Source: Candidatus Omnitrophota bacterium
Lineage (GTDB): Bacteria; Omnitrophota; Gorgyraeia; Tantalellales; Tantalellaceae
Direction of reading: 5' to 3'
DNA: 64,000 nt
Assembly (NCBI GenBank): GCA_041667545.1
Contig: JBAYES010000002.1
Coordinates: forward strand, 5,035 to 69,034
This document shows positions 17,441 to 26,774 of this stretch, one piece after another; positions within the stretch are counted from its first letter, which is position 1, and every line of letters starts with the position of its first letter. The notes beneath the pieces are model-generated. The model was given only the letters and a program-made list of their open reading frames with translations, was not told the DNA's origin and did not search any database. The position numbers and the translations under genes are program-made.

Positions 17441-19540
17441 ATGAAAAACTCAGAAAAGAACGGGACATCTTCCATAGCTGATATTTACGGTGTGAATGTT
17501 TTTGGAATAAAGAATATGCGGAATTATCTATCGGATAAAGCGTATAAGTCGCTTCTATCTACGATACGAGAGGCAAAATCCATAGATCCCGGGATAGCCG
17601 ATGAAGTAGCCGACGCGATGAAGTCATGGGCGACGGCAAAAGGGGCTACCCATTTCACCCATTGGTTCCAGCCGCTTACGGGAACAACGGCGGAAAAGCA
17701 CGATTCTTTCATAGATCCCGACAATGACGGCGGAGTGATTTTGAAATTCTCCGGCAGAGAACTCATTAAAGGAGAGCCCGACGCTTCCAGTTTTCCGTCA
17801 GGCGGGTTAAGAGCAACTTTTGAGGCCCGCGGATATACGGCATGGGACCCTACGTCCCCGGCCTTTATTAAGGAAGCAAGTAACGGGGCTACGCTTTGTA
17901 TTCCCACGGCTTTTTATTCTTACCATGGGGACGCTCTTGACAAAAAAACCCCTCTACTAAGATCCATGTCGGCTCTTTCCAGGCAGGTATGCCGTCTTGC
18001 AAAACTTTTTGGGATACCTACTGAAGGTAAGAGGGCTTATCCAACGCTTGGCGCGGAACAGGAGTATTTTCTTATAGATAAGTCGTTCTATGAAGGCAGG
18101 CTTGATCTCATACAGACGGGCAGGACCCTTTTTGGGAGCGCTCCGGCAAAACATCAACAGCTTGAAGACCATTATTTCGGGGCCATAAAACCCCGGATCG
18201 TGGATTTTATGGATGAGGTTGATAGAGAATTATGGAAACTCGGCATACCTGCGAAGACACGCCACAACGAAGTTTGTCCCGCGCAGTTCGAGATCGCTCC
18301 GGTGTACGAGGAACTGAACCTCGCGGTAGACCATAATATGATGACTATGCAGGTGCTCAGGGAAGTTTCCGAACGGCACGGGCTGGTATGCCTTTTGCAT
18401 GAGAAACCTTATGCCGGTGTTAATGGTTCGGGTAAGCACAATAACTGGGCGCTTCTGGGGCCTGACGGAAAGAACTGGCTTACCCCGGGAGATAATCCGC
18501 ATGAGAATGCCATATTCCTTACGATGATATGCGCTCTGATGAAAGGAATAGACACACATGCCGAGATGTTGAGAGCGACGGTAGCTTCCGCCGGGAACGA
18601 CCACAGGCTCGGAGCCAACGAGGCGCCGCCGGCAATAATGTCGATATTTCTCGGCGACCAGCTTAACGATGTGATCGAACAGCTTGAAAAAGGCGCCGCG
18701 AAAAGTTCTAAAAAAGCCGACGCCATAGAAATAGGCGTTGATTCTCTTCCTCCGCTTCCTCGCGATGTTACCGACAGGAACCGCACAAGCCCGTTCGCTT
18801 TTACGGGTAATAAGTTCGAATTCCGGGCGGTAGGATCCAGTCAGAATTGTGCCGGAGCGAACGTCGTGCTGAACACCATAGTGGCCGAGGCCTTGGATGA
18901 TATATGTTCTGAGCTTGAAGCCAAAGTAAAGAACAAAAAAGATTTTAATAAAGTGCTTCAGAGGATCCTTTCGGGTATTGTGAAAAAACACAAGCGGATA
19001 ATCTTTAACGGTGATAATTATACAAAAGAATGGCACCGGGAGGCCAAGAAACGCGGACTTCCCAATCTGAAGAACACTCCTGAATCTTTGTCTAAGGTGA
19101 AAGACAAGAAGAACGTGGAAATGTTCGGGAAATACAAGGTCCTTTCCCGGACGGAACTTTTTTCACGTTATGATATTTACACCGAACAGTATGAGAAAGC
19201 TATTAAAATAGAGGGGGACGTGGCGCTTGCCATGGCAAGAACAATGATAGTTCCCGCGGCCGTAAGATATCAGGGGGAGCTTGCCTCGTCGGTAAAGGGA
19301 ACAGAGAGTCTCGGATGTAAGAACTCAGGAGCTAAAAAACTTTTGAAAAAAGTTTGCGCGCTTTCCGAGGATATACTTGAAGGCATAGACAGGCTTGAAA
19401 AAGCTCTGGGAGGACATTCTTCGGGCGTGATCATAAAGGAAATGAATTTTTTGAGAGAAGCAGTTGACGAGCTTGAGACGGTAATACCTGAAAGCTTGTG
19501 GCCGCTTCCGTCATACGCGGAGATGCTTTTTCTTCTTTAG
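17441..19540 (+). CDS. glnN: glutamine synthetase type III
   Basis: 699 aa, the size of GSIII (GlnN) proteins; catalytic-domain similarity across the protein; nitrogen-gene neighbourhood. Confidence 0.8.
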   Translation: MKNSEKNGTSSIADIYGVNVFGIKNMRNYLSDKAYKSLLSTIREAKSIDPGIADEVADAMKSWATAKGATHFTHWFQPLTGTTAEKHDSFIDPDNDGGVILKFSGRELIKGEPDASSFPSGGLRATFEARGYTAWDPTSPAFIKEASNGATLCIPTAFYSYHGDALDKKTPLLRSMSALSRQVCRLAKLFGIPTEGKRAYPTLGAEQEYFLIDKSFYEGRLDLIQTGRTLFGSAPAKHQQLEDHYFGAIKPRIVDFMDEVDRELWKLGIPAKTRHNEVCPAQFEIAPVYEELNLAVDHNMMTMQVLREVSERHGLVCLLHEKPYAGVNGSGKHNNWALLGPDGKNWLTPGDNPHENAIFLTMICALMKGIDTHAEMLRATVASAGNDHRLGANEAPPAIMSIFLGDQLNDVIEQLEKGAAKSSKKADAIEIGVDSLPPLPRDVTDRNRTSPFAFTGNKFEFRAVGSSQNCAGANVVLNTIVAEALDDICSELEAKVKNKKDFNKVLQRILSGIVKKHKRIIFNGDNYTKEWHREAKKRGLPNLKNTPESLSKVKDKKNVEMFGKYKVLSRTELFSRYDIYTEQYEKAIKIEGDVALAMARTMIVPAAVRYQGELASSVKGTESLGCKNSGAKKLLKKVCALSEDILEGIDRLEKALGGHSSGVIIKEMNFLREAVDELETVIPESLWPLPSYAEMLFLL

Positions 19541-19577
19541 ATAAAGTATTTTAAAAGTTCTGATATAGGAGATCGAA

Positions 19578-20279
19578 ATGCCGGGTTCAACGGAAAAAGA
19601 ATATCTTGCTACACTTACTAAGATAAGCAAGGCCATTACGAGCGATCTTTATCTGGAGGACATACTTAAGCTCCTGGTAAATTTGACGGCCGGGGTAATG
19701 GCGGCCGAAATATGCGCCATATGGCTTATAGACGAAGACACTAAGGAACTTAAAATAAGAGCTACGCAGGCAATGAGTCAGGAGTACCTTAAGGAAAGAT
19801 CCCTCAAAGTAGGTGAAGGGATAGTGGGGCTTGTGGCCGAGGAAAAAAAACCCATAATAATTTCCAATGTTCTTAAGGATGAGAGATATAAAGAGAAGAA
19901 ACTGGCTAAAAAAGAGAACCTTGTGTCCATGTTAAGTGTGCCTATGATGGTCAAAGAAAAGGTGGCAGGTGTGATCAATGTTTATACTACCGAGACATAC
20001 AAATTTTCTAAAAGCGATGTGAACCTTCTCAGCACGGTGGCAAATCAGGCGGCGGCGGCAATACAGAACACGGAGCTTTTGGTGAAGACAAAGGTAATAC
20101 AGGAAGAACTTGAGACGCGGAAAAGGGTGGAAAAGGCCAAAGGGATACTGATGAGGGAACAGGGTATATCCGAAGAAGAGGCCTATAGTCTTATCAGGAA
20201 ATCCAGCATGAACAAGCGTATGTCCATGAAAGAGATAGCGGAAGCGATAATCTTATCTCAGGAAATACGTAAGTGGTAG
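19578..20279 (+). CDS. GAF-ANTAR RNA-binding antitermination regulator
   Basis: 233 aa; N-terminal GAF; C-terminal ANTAR 'ELETRKRVEKAKGILMREQGISEEEAYSLIRKSSMNKRMSMKEIAEAII'. Confidence 0.7.
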   Translation: MPGSTEKEYLATLTKISKAITSDLYLEDILKLLVNLTAGVMAAEICAIWLIDEDTKELKIRATQAMSQEYLKERSLKVGEGIVGLVAEEKKPIIISNVLKDERYKEKKLAKKENLVSMLSVPMMVKEKVAGVINVYTTETYKFSKSDVNLLSTVANQAAAAIQNTELLVKTKVIQEELETRKRVEKAKGILMREQGISEEEAYSLIRKSSMNKRMSMKEIAEAIILSQEIRKW

Positions 20280-20293
20280 AAGCGGAAGGGAAA

Positions 20294-20450
20294 GGCCCGG
20301 CCATGATGCCGGGGAAGCGTAGATGCTTTATTGTGCGAGGTAATGACCGGCGAAGAAGATATCGGGCCGGATAGATCAAAAAAGATCAAATAGTTCAGGG
20401 CTATGACGCCCTTCTTGAGCAGAGGAATGCCAGGGAGGGCGTTTCTTTTT
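20294..20450 (+). promoter_or_regulatory. candidate ANTAR-type leader: two NAUGAN hexaloop hairpins, the second overlapping an intrinsic terminator
   Basis: hairpin 1 CCCGGC-CAUGAU-GCCGGG (20296-20313); hairpin 2 AGGGC-UAUGAC-GCCCU (20398-20413) whose 3' half GACGCCCT is the 5' arm of terminator stem (pairs with AGGGCGT 20436-42) followed by TTCTTTTT. Confidence 0.35.
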
Positions 20451-20541
20451 GCGAGCGGAGAGGGAAGGGGTAAGAGGTAAGAGGCAAGGGGGAAGAGGTA
20501 AGGGGGGAGCGGGATGTGTTATAAAAAACGAGGAGGGAGAT

Positions 20542-21405
20542 ATGAAAAAAGTGAAGATAAGAAAGACGGCGTTGATGGTGGTTTTTATAATGGCGGCGGC
20601 AGGGTTATTTGCCGTTCCATCTTTCGCGTTATTTGACGTAGAAGGCGGATGGCTCCCGGAAAAGGCGGAAGATATGCCCGAGATCTCGGCAAGCCAGGCT
20701 TTTTTCACCAAGTATATCTGGAGAGGATGGAATTTAGGGGATGAGCCGGTCATGCAGAACGATGTAACTTTATCATGGTATGGCCTGAGTTTTAACTTCT
20801 GGACGAATTACAGCCTTAATAACGATAAGGAAAAAGATTCCGGAAGATATCAGGAATTCACCGAGATAGATTACACGATAAGTTACGGTTTTAACGTGGG
20901 AGAGGCGGCGGAATTCTTTTCAGTCGATATGCCTGAAGCACTGCGTCCGATCGGGATCTCGGGAGGCTACATTTACTATACCTTCCCTAATGTGGACTGG
21001 AACGATAAATTCTTTGACAGCCACGAGATCTTTCTGGGCGTTTCGTACGACACTTTTCTCTCGCCCGAGTTCACGTGGTACTGGGACGTGGGAAGAGGTA
21101 AAGGCAACTCTGACGGAGGCGGGAATGGGTCATACTTTGAGTTCGGTATAAGCCATACGGTCGATCTTGGCGAAACCGGCGCATCCGCCACCTTAGGCAT
21201 GACAACGGGAATAATAAACGAACAGTGGACAGACAAAACGGGGTTGGGGGATATGGTGTTCTCTCTGGGCGTGGATATTCCTTTACTGAACTATTTTACG
21301 GTAACTCCAAGCGTTGCTTATTCCGTTGTCCCGGACAGAGATGTTTACAACGATAACTCGTCCAATGAATTTTTCGGCGGGATAACTGTAAGTTTCAGCT
21401 ATTAA
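20542..21405 (+). CDS. outer-membrane beta-barrel protein (porin-like), first gene of amtB-glnK cluster
   Basis: about 288 aa from ATG 20542 (RBS AGGAGGGAG); signal peptide 'MKKVKIRKTALMVVFIMAAAGLFAVPSFA'; alternating amphipathic strands; C-terminal 'VSFSY' aromatic terminus. Confidence 0.45.
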   Translation: MKKVKIRKTALMVVFIMAAAGLFAVPSFALFDVEGGWLPEKAEDMPEISASQAFFTKYIWRGWNLGDEPVMQNDVTLSWYGLSFNFWTNYSLNNDKEKDSGRYQEFTEIDYTISYGFNVGEAAEFFSVDMPEALRPIGISGGYIYYTFPNVDWNDKFFDSHEIFLGVSYDTFLSPEFTWYWDVGRGKGNSDGGGNGSYFEFGISHTVDLGETGASATLGMTTGIINEQWTDKTGLGDMVFSLGVDIPLLNYFTVTPSVAYSVVPDRDVYNDNSSNEFFGGITVSFSY

Positions 21406-21427
21406 GGACCGGATCTAACGATAAGAG

Positions 21428-21580
21428 TAGAGTTCTGCAAAATAGCTGTTTCACGTCGTTGCGAGGGAGCGAAGCGACCAAAGCAATCCTATATCTTATT
21501 GTATTTATTGAGATTGTTTTGTCACTCACTTTGTTCGTTCCTCGTAAAGACGGAATAAAAGTCTATTTTGCAGAACCCTA
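21428..21580. repeat. MITE-like inverted-repeat element, family A (copy 5)
   Basis: TIRs TAGAGTTCTGCAAAAT / ATTTTGCAGAACCCTA; flanked by perfect 10-bp direct repeat ACGATAAGAG (21418-27 and 21581-90). Confidence 0.75.
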
Positions 21581-21606
21581 ACGATAAGAGAACAAAGGAG
21601 GTCAAA

Positions 21607-22944
21607 ATGAGAATCATTATAAGAGCGTTAAAGATCCTCCCGCTGATATTTTTGTCAACCGCTATGACTGTTTCGGCAGAAGAGCCTACGGCGGCTACGA
21701 ATGCCGTGGCTATCGACACGATCTGGATACTGATGGCGGCTTTTCTGGTGTTTTTCATGCAAGCGGGATTTGCAATGGTCGAAACGGGATTTACGAGAGC
21801 GAAGAATGCCTGCAACATAATGATGAAGAATCTTATGGATTTCGCCGTGGGTTCGGTAGCGTTTTGGGCGGTGGGCTTCGGCATTATGTTCGGGGCTTCG
21901 GCTTTCGGTGTTTTCGGAACGAGCGGTTTCTTCCTGTCCACCGGAGATCCTTCCACAAGCGAGGGTTTGTGGCAGTACGCCTTCTGGATGTTCCAGGCGG
22001 TTTTCGCGGCAACCGCCGCTACAATAGTTTCCGGAGCTATGGCTGAAAGGACAAAGTTCAAATCCTATATGGCATATAGCGCCGTCATAACGGCCTTGAT
22101 ATATCCTGTGGTTGGACATTGGATATGGGGAGATGGTTGGCTGTCCGCAAAAGGAATGATAGATTTCGCGGGTTCTACAGTAGTTCATTCAACAGGGGGT
22201 TGGGCGGCTTTGGCCGGAGCCATACTTTTGGGGCCTCGTATAGGAAAATATTCTCCCGACGGTTCCTCGAACGCTATTACGGGCCATAATATTCCGCTTG
22301 CCTCATTGGGTGTATTCATATTGTGGTTCGGCTGGTTCGGTTTTAATGCCGGAAGTACAACTTCCGGAACGGATCTAAGTATCGCGACAATAGCCGTGAC
22401 GACTAATCTCGCGGCCGCCGCGGGATCCATCAGCGCGATGATATTCGTATGGTTCAAATTCGGGAAACCGGACATAAGTATGTCTTTGAACGGGGCTCTT
22501 GCCGGCCTTGTGGGTATAACCGCGGGATGCGCCAATGTTTCCCCTTCGAGCGCTCTCATGATAGGAGCGGTATCCGGGATACTTGTTGTTATAAGCGTTG
22601 AGTTCCTTGACAAGGTACTAAAGATAGATGATCCCGTTGGCGCTGTTTCGGTTCATGGGGTCTGCGGAGCCTGGGGAACTCTTGCTGTGGGACTTTTCGC
22701 CCAGGAAACATTCGGCGGAGTGAACGGCCTCTTTCACGGGGGAGGGATGACACAGTTCATTACCCAGCTTACCGGTGTGGTAAGTGTTTTCGCGTGGGTG
22801 TTCACTTCCGCGTTTATCGTCTTCTATGTTATCAAGGTTGTCATGGGACTCAGGGCCTCCGATGAAGAACAGCTCAAGGGGCTCGATATATGCGAGCATG
22901 GTATGGAGGCGTATTCCGGGTTCCAGACCTTTATGACACAGTAG
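21607..22944 (+). CDS. amtB: ammonium transporter
   Basis: about 445 aa from ATG 21607 with signal peptide; Amt signature 'DFAGSTVVHSTGGWAALAGAILLGPRIGKY', 11 TM helices. Confidence 0.85.
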   Translation: MRIIIRALKILPLIFLSTAMTVSAEEPTAATNAVAIDTIWILMAAFLVFFMQAGFAMVETGFTRAKNACNIMMKNLMDFAVGSVAFWAVGFGIMFGASAFGVFGTSGFFLSTGDPSTSEGLWQYAFWMFQAVFAATAATIVSGAMAERTKFKSYMAYSAVITALIYPVVGHWIWGDGWLSAKGMIDFAGSTVVHSTGGWAALAGAILLGPRIGKYSPDGSSNAITGHNIPLASLGVFILWFGWFGFNAGSTTSGTDLSIATIAVTTNLAAAAGSISAMIFVWFKFGKPDISMSLNGALAGLVGITAGCANVSPSSALMIGAVSGILVVISVEFLDKVLKIDDPVGAVSVHGVCGAWGTLAVGLFAQETFGGVNGLFHGGGMTQFITQLTGVVSVFAWVFTSAFIVFYVIKVVMGLRASDEEQLKGLDICEHGMEAYSGFQTFMTQ

Positions 22945-23118
22945 GATTGGCGCCGCGTTTTACATTGGCGTCGAGAACGAAAAGTAATAAGTAAAAGTAG
23001 AAAGAAGAAAAGCGGAAGATATATGAGGAGAACGAGAAATGACGTTTTGAAGTCGTCCTGAGGGTCCTGCCAAACCTGAGAGGCAGCTAAGGGAGGGGCC
23101 GATGGCTAAGGAAAAACT

Positions 23119-23316
23119 TAGGGTTATGCAAAATAGCGTTTTCACGTCGTTGCGAGGGAGCGAAGCGACCGAAGCAATCTTGTAACTTGTTATATTTATT
23201 GAGATTGCTTCGGCCTTCAACCATGCTCAGGACGAAATCCTGAGCGAAGCGAAGGGCTTCGTTACTCACTTCGTTCCTCGCAAAGACGTTATAAAAGTCC
23301 ATTTTGAAGAACTCTA
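23119..23316. repeat. MITE-like inverted-repeat element, family A (long variant, copy 6)
   Basis: TAGGGTTATGCAAAAT...CCATTTTGAAGAACTCTA; flanking direct repeat AGGAAAAACT (23109-18 and 23318-27, 1-nt offset). Confidence 0.65.
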
Positions 23317-23343
23317 AAGGAAAAACTAAAAAAGGAGGTTGAG

Positions 23344-24696
23344 ATGTACGTTCTTAAATGGTTTAGGAGGATGGTGATCGGTTTGCCGGCGGCTATACTG
23401 GCTATGTCGGGGTCTTTGGCGCAAGCCAGTCCCGCCGCTGATGTGGGCGGTTATGCATTGATTTCCGGTATAGATACCATGTGGGTGCTTATAGCGGCTT
23501 TTATGGTCTTTATAATGCAGGCCGGTTTCGGTATGCTGGAGGCAGGCCTTATAAGGACCAAGAATACCTGTAATGTGCTTATGAACAATTTTCTGGATTT
23601 CTGTATGGCATCGATGGGATTTTTTATTTTCGGATATGCCATAATGTTCGGTACGGGAAACGGGTTCATGGGGTTTACGGGATTTATGCTCATAGGCGCC
23701 GCGCATGAAGGGAGTATCCCTCTTGAGGCGGCATGGCTTTTTCATGCCGTTTTCTGCGGAGCGGCCGCGACCATCGTAGCGGGAGGAATAGCAGAGAGAA
23801 TGAAGTTCAAATGTTATCTTATATATTCTTTTCTGATATCCGCTACGATATATCCTATAGTAGGACATTGGGTTTGGGGAGGAGGATGGCTTGCCGAGAT
23901 GGGGTTCGGTGATTTCGCAGGATCTACAGTTGTCCACGCTGTCGGCGGTACGGCCGCACTTGTGGGCACGGCCATTTTGGGGCCGAGAATAGGTAAGTTC
24001 AACAAGGACGGCTCAGCTAATGCCATAGAAGGGCATTCAATGGCGCTTGCCTCGCTTGGGGCACTTATACTATGGTTCGCGTGGTTCGGATTCAATCCCG
24101 GATCAACTTTGGCGGTAGGTGACGGTAGTTTGATAGCGAAAGTCGCTGTTAACACAAATCTCGCGGCGGCCGCGGGAGGGCTTGTAGCTATGTTCTTCGC
24201 GTGGAAAAAGTTCGGGAAACCGGATCTTTCAATGACTATGAACGGGGCTCTTGCGGGGCTTGTGGCCGTAACAGCTCCCTGCGCGTTCGTTCTTCCGTAC
24301 GAATCGATAATAATAGGAGGAGTAGGCGGAATAATAGTTGTTCTGGGAACCGTGTTCCTCGATAAGATACACATCGATGATCCTGTGGGAGCGGTTCCGG
24401 TACATATGATGAACGGTATATGGGGGACGCTTGCTGTGGGGCTTTTCGGGCAAGAAGCATTAGGGCTTGCACGAGACGGCCTCTTTCATGGCGGCGGGTT
24501 TACTCAGCTTGGGGTTCAGGCCTTGGGAGCCTTGGCCGTAGTGCTTTTTGTCGGAGCGGGTATGACCGTCATATTCAAAACAATAGACCTGGCTATGGGG
24601 CTGAGAGTGTCCAGGGAAGAAGAGCTTAAGGGGTTGGATATAAGCGAACATGGTATGGAAGCTTATGCGGGATTCCAGATATTCACTACAAAGTAG
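23344..24696 (+). CDS. amtB: ammonium transporter (second paralogue)
   Basis: 450 aa; 'DFAGSTVVHAVGGTAALVGTAILGPRIGKF'; RBS AAAAGGAGG. Confidence 0.85.
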   Translation: MYVLKWFRRMVIGLPAAILAMSGSLAQASPAADVGGYALISGIDTMWVLIAAFMVFIMQAGFGMLEAGLIRTKNTCNVLMNNFLDFCMASMGFFIFGYAIMFGTGNGFMGFTGFMLIGAAHEGSIPLEAAWLFHAVFCGAAATIVAGGIAERMKFKCYLIYSFLISATIYPIVGHWVWGGGWLAEMGFGDFAGSTVVHAVGGTAALVGTAILGPRIGKFNKDGSANAIEGHSMALASLGALILWFAWFGFNPGSTLAVGDGSLIAKVAVNTNLAAAAGGLVAMFFAWKKFGKPDLSMTMNGALAGLVAVTAPCAFVLPYESIIIGGVGGIIVVLGTVFLDKIHIDDPVGAVPVHMMNGIWGTLAVGLFGQEALGLARDGLFHGGGFTQLGVQALGALAVVLFVGAGMTVIFKTIDLAMGLRVSREEELKGLDISEHGMEAYAGFQIFTTK

Positions 24697-24748
24697 ATCC
24701 CGGGGGTTTAGTGTATAAGTGAAAGAGGGTAATGCGATGAAGGATATG

Positions 24749-24900
24749 AGAGTTCTGCAAAATAGTTGGTTCACGTCGTTGCGAGGGAGCGAAGCGACCG
24801 AAGCAATCCTATATCTTATTGTATTTATTGAGATTGCTTCGTCACTCACTTTGTTCGTTCCTCGCAAAGACGGAATAAAAGTCTATTTCTCATAGCCCTA
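24749..24900. repeat. MITE-like element family A (copy 7, degenerate right TIR)
   Basis: AGAGTTCTGCAAAATAGTTGGTTCACGTCGTTGCGAGGGAGCGAAGCGACCGAAGCAATC...GTCTATTTCTCATAGCCCTA. Confidence 0.6.
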
Positions 24901-24927
24901 TAAAAGGACATAAATAAGGAGGGGAAA

Positions 24928-25269
24928 ATGAAACTTATAGTAGCCATGATACAGCCGCATAAACTGCCGGATGTAAAAGAGGCCCTTTTCGCGGCGGATG
25001 TTCACAAAATGACCGTTACTAACGCTCTTGGATGCGGACAGCAGAAAGGTTTCACGGAGACATACAGAGGAGTAATACACGAAGTGAACCTGCTAAAGAA
25101 GATACGCATAGAGATAGCTGTGAACGAAGATTTTGTGAGGCCGACGGTAGACGCTATAATAAAAGGCGCTCGCACCGGGAAGATAGGCGATGGGAAAATA
25201 CTCGTGATGGATCTTGCCGAGTGCATCAGGATCCGAACCGGAGAAACCGGCAGAGAAGCCATAGGGTGA
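24928..25269 (+). CDS. glnK: nitrogen regulatory protein P-II
   Basis: 113 aa; T-loop '[14 protein letters not shown]' with conserved Tyr; immediately downstream of amtB. Confidence 0.85.
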   Translation: MKLIVAMIQPHKLPDVKEALFAADVHKMTVTNALGCGQQKGFTETYRGVIHEVNLLKKIRIEIAVNEDFVRPTVDAIIKGARTGKIGDGKILVMDLAECIRIRTGETGREAIG

Positions 25270-25312
25270 GGCGCCATGCGGGTGTATTTGTCTTCGATTT
25301 TCGAATATCAGT

Positions 25313-25466
25313 AAGGACGGGTTCTTTTGTATGCTTTCTCGCTTGTTTTAACCGCCTCTTCGGGGGCGAAAAAGCTGGCTTTAAGACGGAAAACGGCACG
25401 AACAAGCGAACTTTTTCTCGGTTAAAAAGGCTTCAAAAACATGCAAAAGACCCCGTCCTGAGAGCA
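25313..25466 (+). other. about 150-nt extended imperfect hairpin (long-range inverted repeat AGGACGGGTTCTTTTG / CAAAAGACCCCGTCCT) in glnK-carA intergenic region
   Basis: outer stem about 15 bp, inner pairings CTCGCTTGTT/AACAAGCGAA and CGCC-tcttcg-GGGGCG seen directly in sequence; no coding potential. Confidence 0.3.
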
Positions 25467-25678
25467 TCAACGCCAACTCGTAAAGAATACATCCGAATTG
25501 TGGGCAAAAAGTGATTAAAAAGTCTTGAATTTTTACTGGAACGAGTATATTATGGAAATGGCTCTAATGAGAGAAAAACCGGCTCAGCGCCGAACCGGGG
25601 ACGACAAAGAAGTTGTTATCGAGGGCAGTCTATTTTTTTGTCAGGTAAGGCAAAGTTATTTGGGAGAGGTTTTTTATC

Positions 25679-26767
25679 ATGAAAGCCGCGGTGGTTCTTG
25701 AAGACGGAAAGATATTTGAGGGCAAACTTTTCGGAGACATTAGGAGGAAATGTGTTTCCGGGGAAGTGGTGTTCAATACAAGTATCTCGGGTTATCAGGA
25801 AATAATCACCGATCCTTCCTATAGAGGTCAGATAGTAACAATGACCTATCCTCTCATCGGAAATTACGGCATTAATACTGAAGACGCGGAATCCAACAGA
25901 GCTCATGTGGAAGGCCTTATTATCAGGGAACTTTGCGACGTTCCCAGTAATTACAGGGCAACGGATTCTCTGGACGGTTACTTTAAAAAGAACGGTATAT
26001 TAGGCATAACCGGAGTTGACACACGCGCTCTTACAAGGCATATACGTTTGAGCGGTTCCATGAAAGGTGTAATAACCGGGGATATATCTTCACTTGAGAC
26101 CATTGGGGGAGAAGCCCGCAAAGTGCCCGATATATCCGGCAGGGATATTGTCAAAGAGGTCACATCAAAAGAAAGATCCGTATGGAATGACCGGGGGCAT
26201 CTTCATATCTCCGTTCTGGATTGCGGGGTTAAGTATAATATCCTGAGGAATCTCTCGGAACGGGGATGCAGGCTGACGGTTCTGCCCGCTAAGACGGGAT
26301 CCCGGGAAATTCTTGAGCTCGATCCGGATGGAGTGCTTCTTTCCAACGGCCCCGGTGATCCCGAAGGGGCGGGGTATGTTCATAGGACAGTACGGGGCAT
26401 TCTTGGCAAAGTGCCTATATTCGGGATATGTCTCGGGCATCAGATGATGGGACTTGCTTTGGGCGGAAAAACATACAAGCTTAAGTTCGGACATCATGGC
26501 GGGAACCATCCCGTAAAAGATCTGAAGACGGGCAGAGTCAGTATAACAAGTCAGAACCACTGTTTTTGCGTAGACCACGATTCATTGAGCGGCAAGGGAG
26601 CGGAGATAACCCATATGAACCTTAACGATAATACCGTTGAGGGAATGGAGAATGAGGAACTGAAATTTTTCAGCGTACAGTTCCATCCCGAAGCGGGCCC
26701 CGGCCCTTATGACGCTGAATATCTGTTCGATAAATTCGTCCAAATGGCCGGAGATCATAAAAAATAA
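25679..26767 (+). CDS. carA: carbamoyl-phosphate synthase small (glutaminase) subunit
   Basis: 362 aa; '[10 protein letters not shown]' start typical of CarA; class-I GATase 'GICLGHQ' catalytic Cys. Confidence 0.85.
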   Translation: MKAAVVLEDGKIFEGKLFGDIRRKCVSGEVVFNTSISGYQEIITDPSYRGQIVTMTYPLIGNYGINTEDAESNRAHVEGLIIRELCDVPSNYRATDSLDGYFKKNGILGITGVDTRALTRHIRLSGSMKGVITGDISSLETIGGEARKVPDISGRDIVKEVTSKERSVWNDRGHLHISVLDCGVKYNILRNLSERGCRLTVLPAKTGSREILELDPDGVLLSNGPGDPEGAGYVHRTVRGILGKVPIFGICLGHQMMGLALGGKTYKLKFGHHGGNHPVKDLKTGRVSITSQNHCFCVDHDSLSGKGAEITHMNLNDNTVEGMENEELKFFSVQFHPEAGPGPYDAEYLFDKFVQMAGDHKK

Positions 26768-26774
26768 AGGAAAC

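Noticed and set aside
18230-19036. 268-aa minus-strand ORF inside glnN, and the many other minus-strand ORFs in the track (for example 27693-28544, 29288-29998, 33970-34767, 50366-51058)
   Set aside because: Each is fully embedded antisense in a + strand gene with strong homology-based support. They lack RBSs, and their translations are low-complexity and R/S/P-rich, typical of antisense frames of GC-balanced coding DNA.
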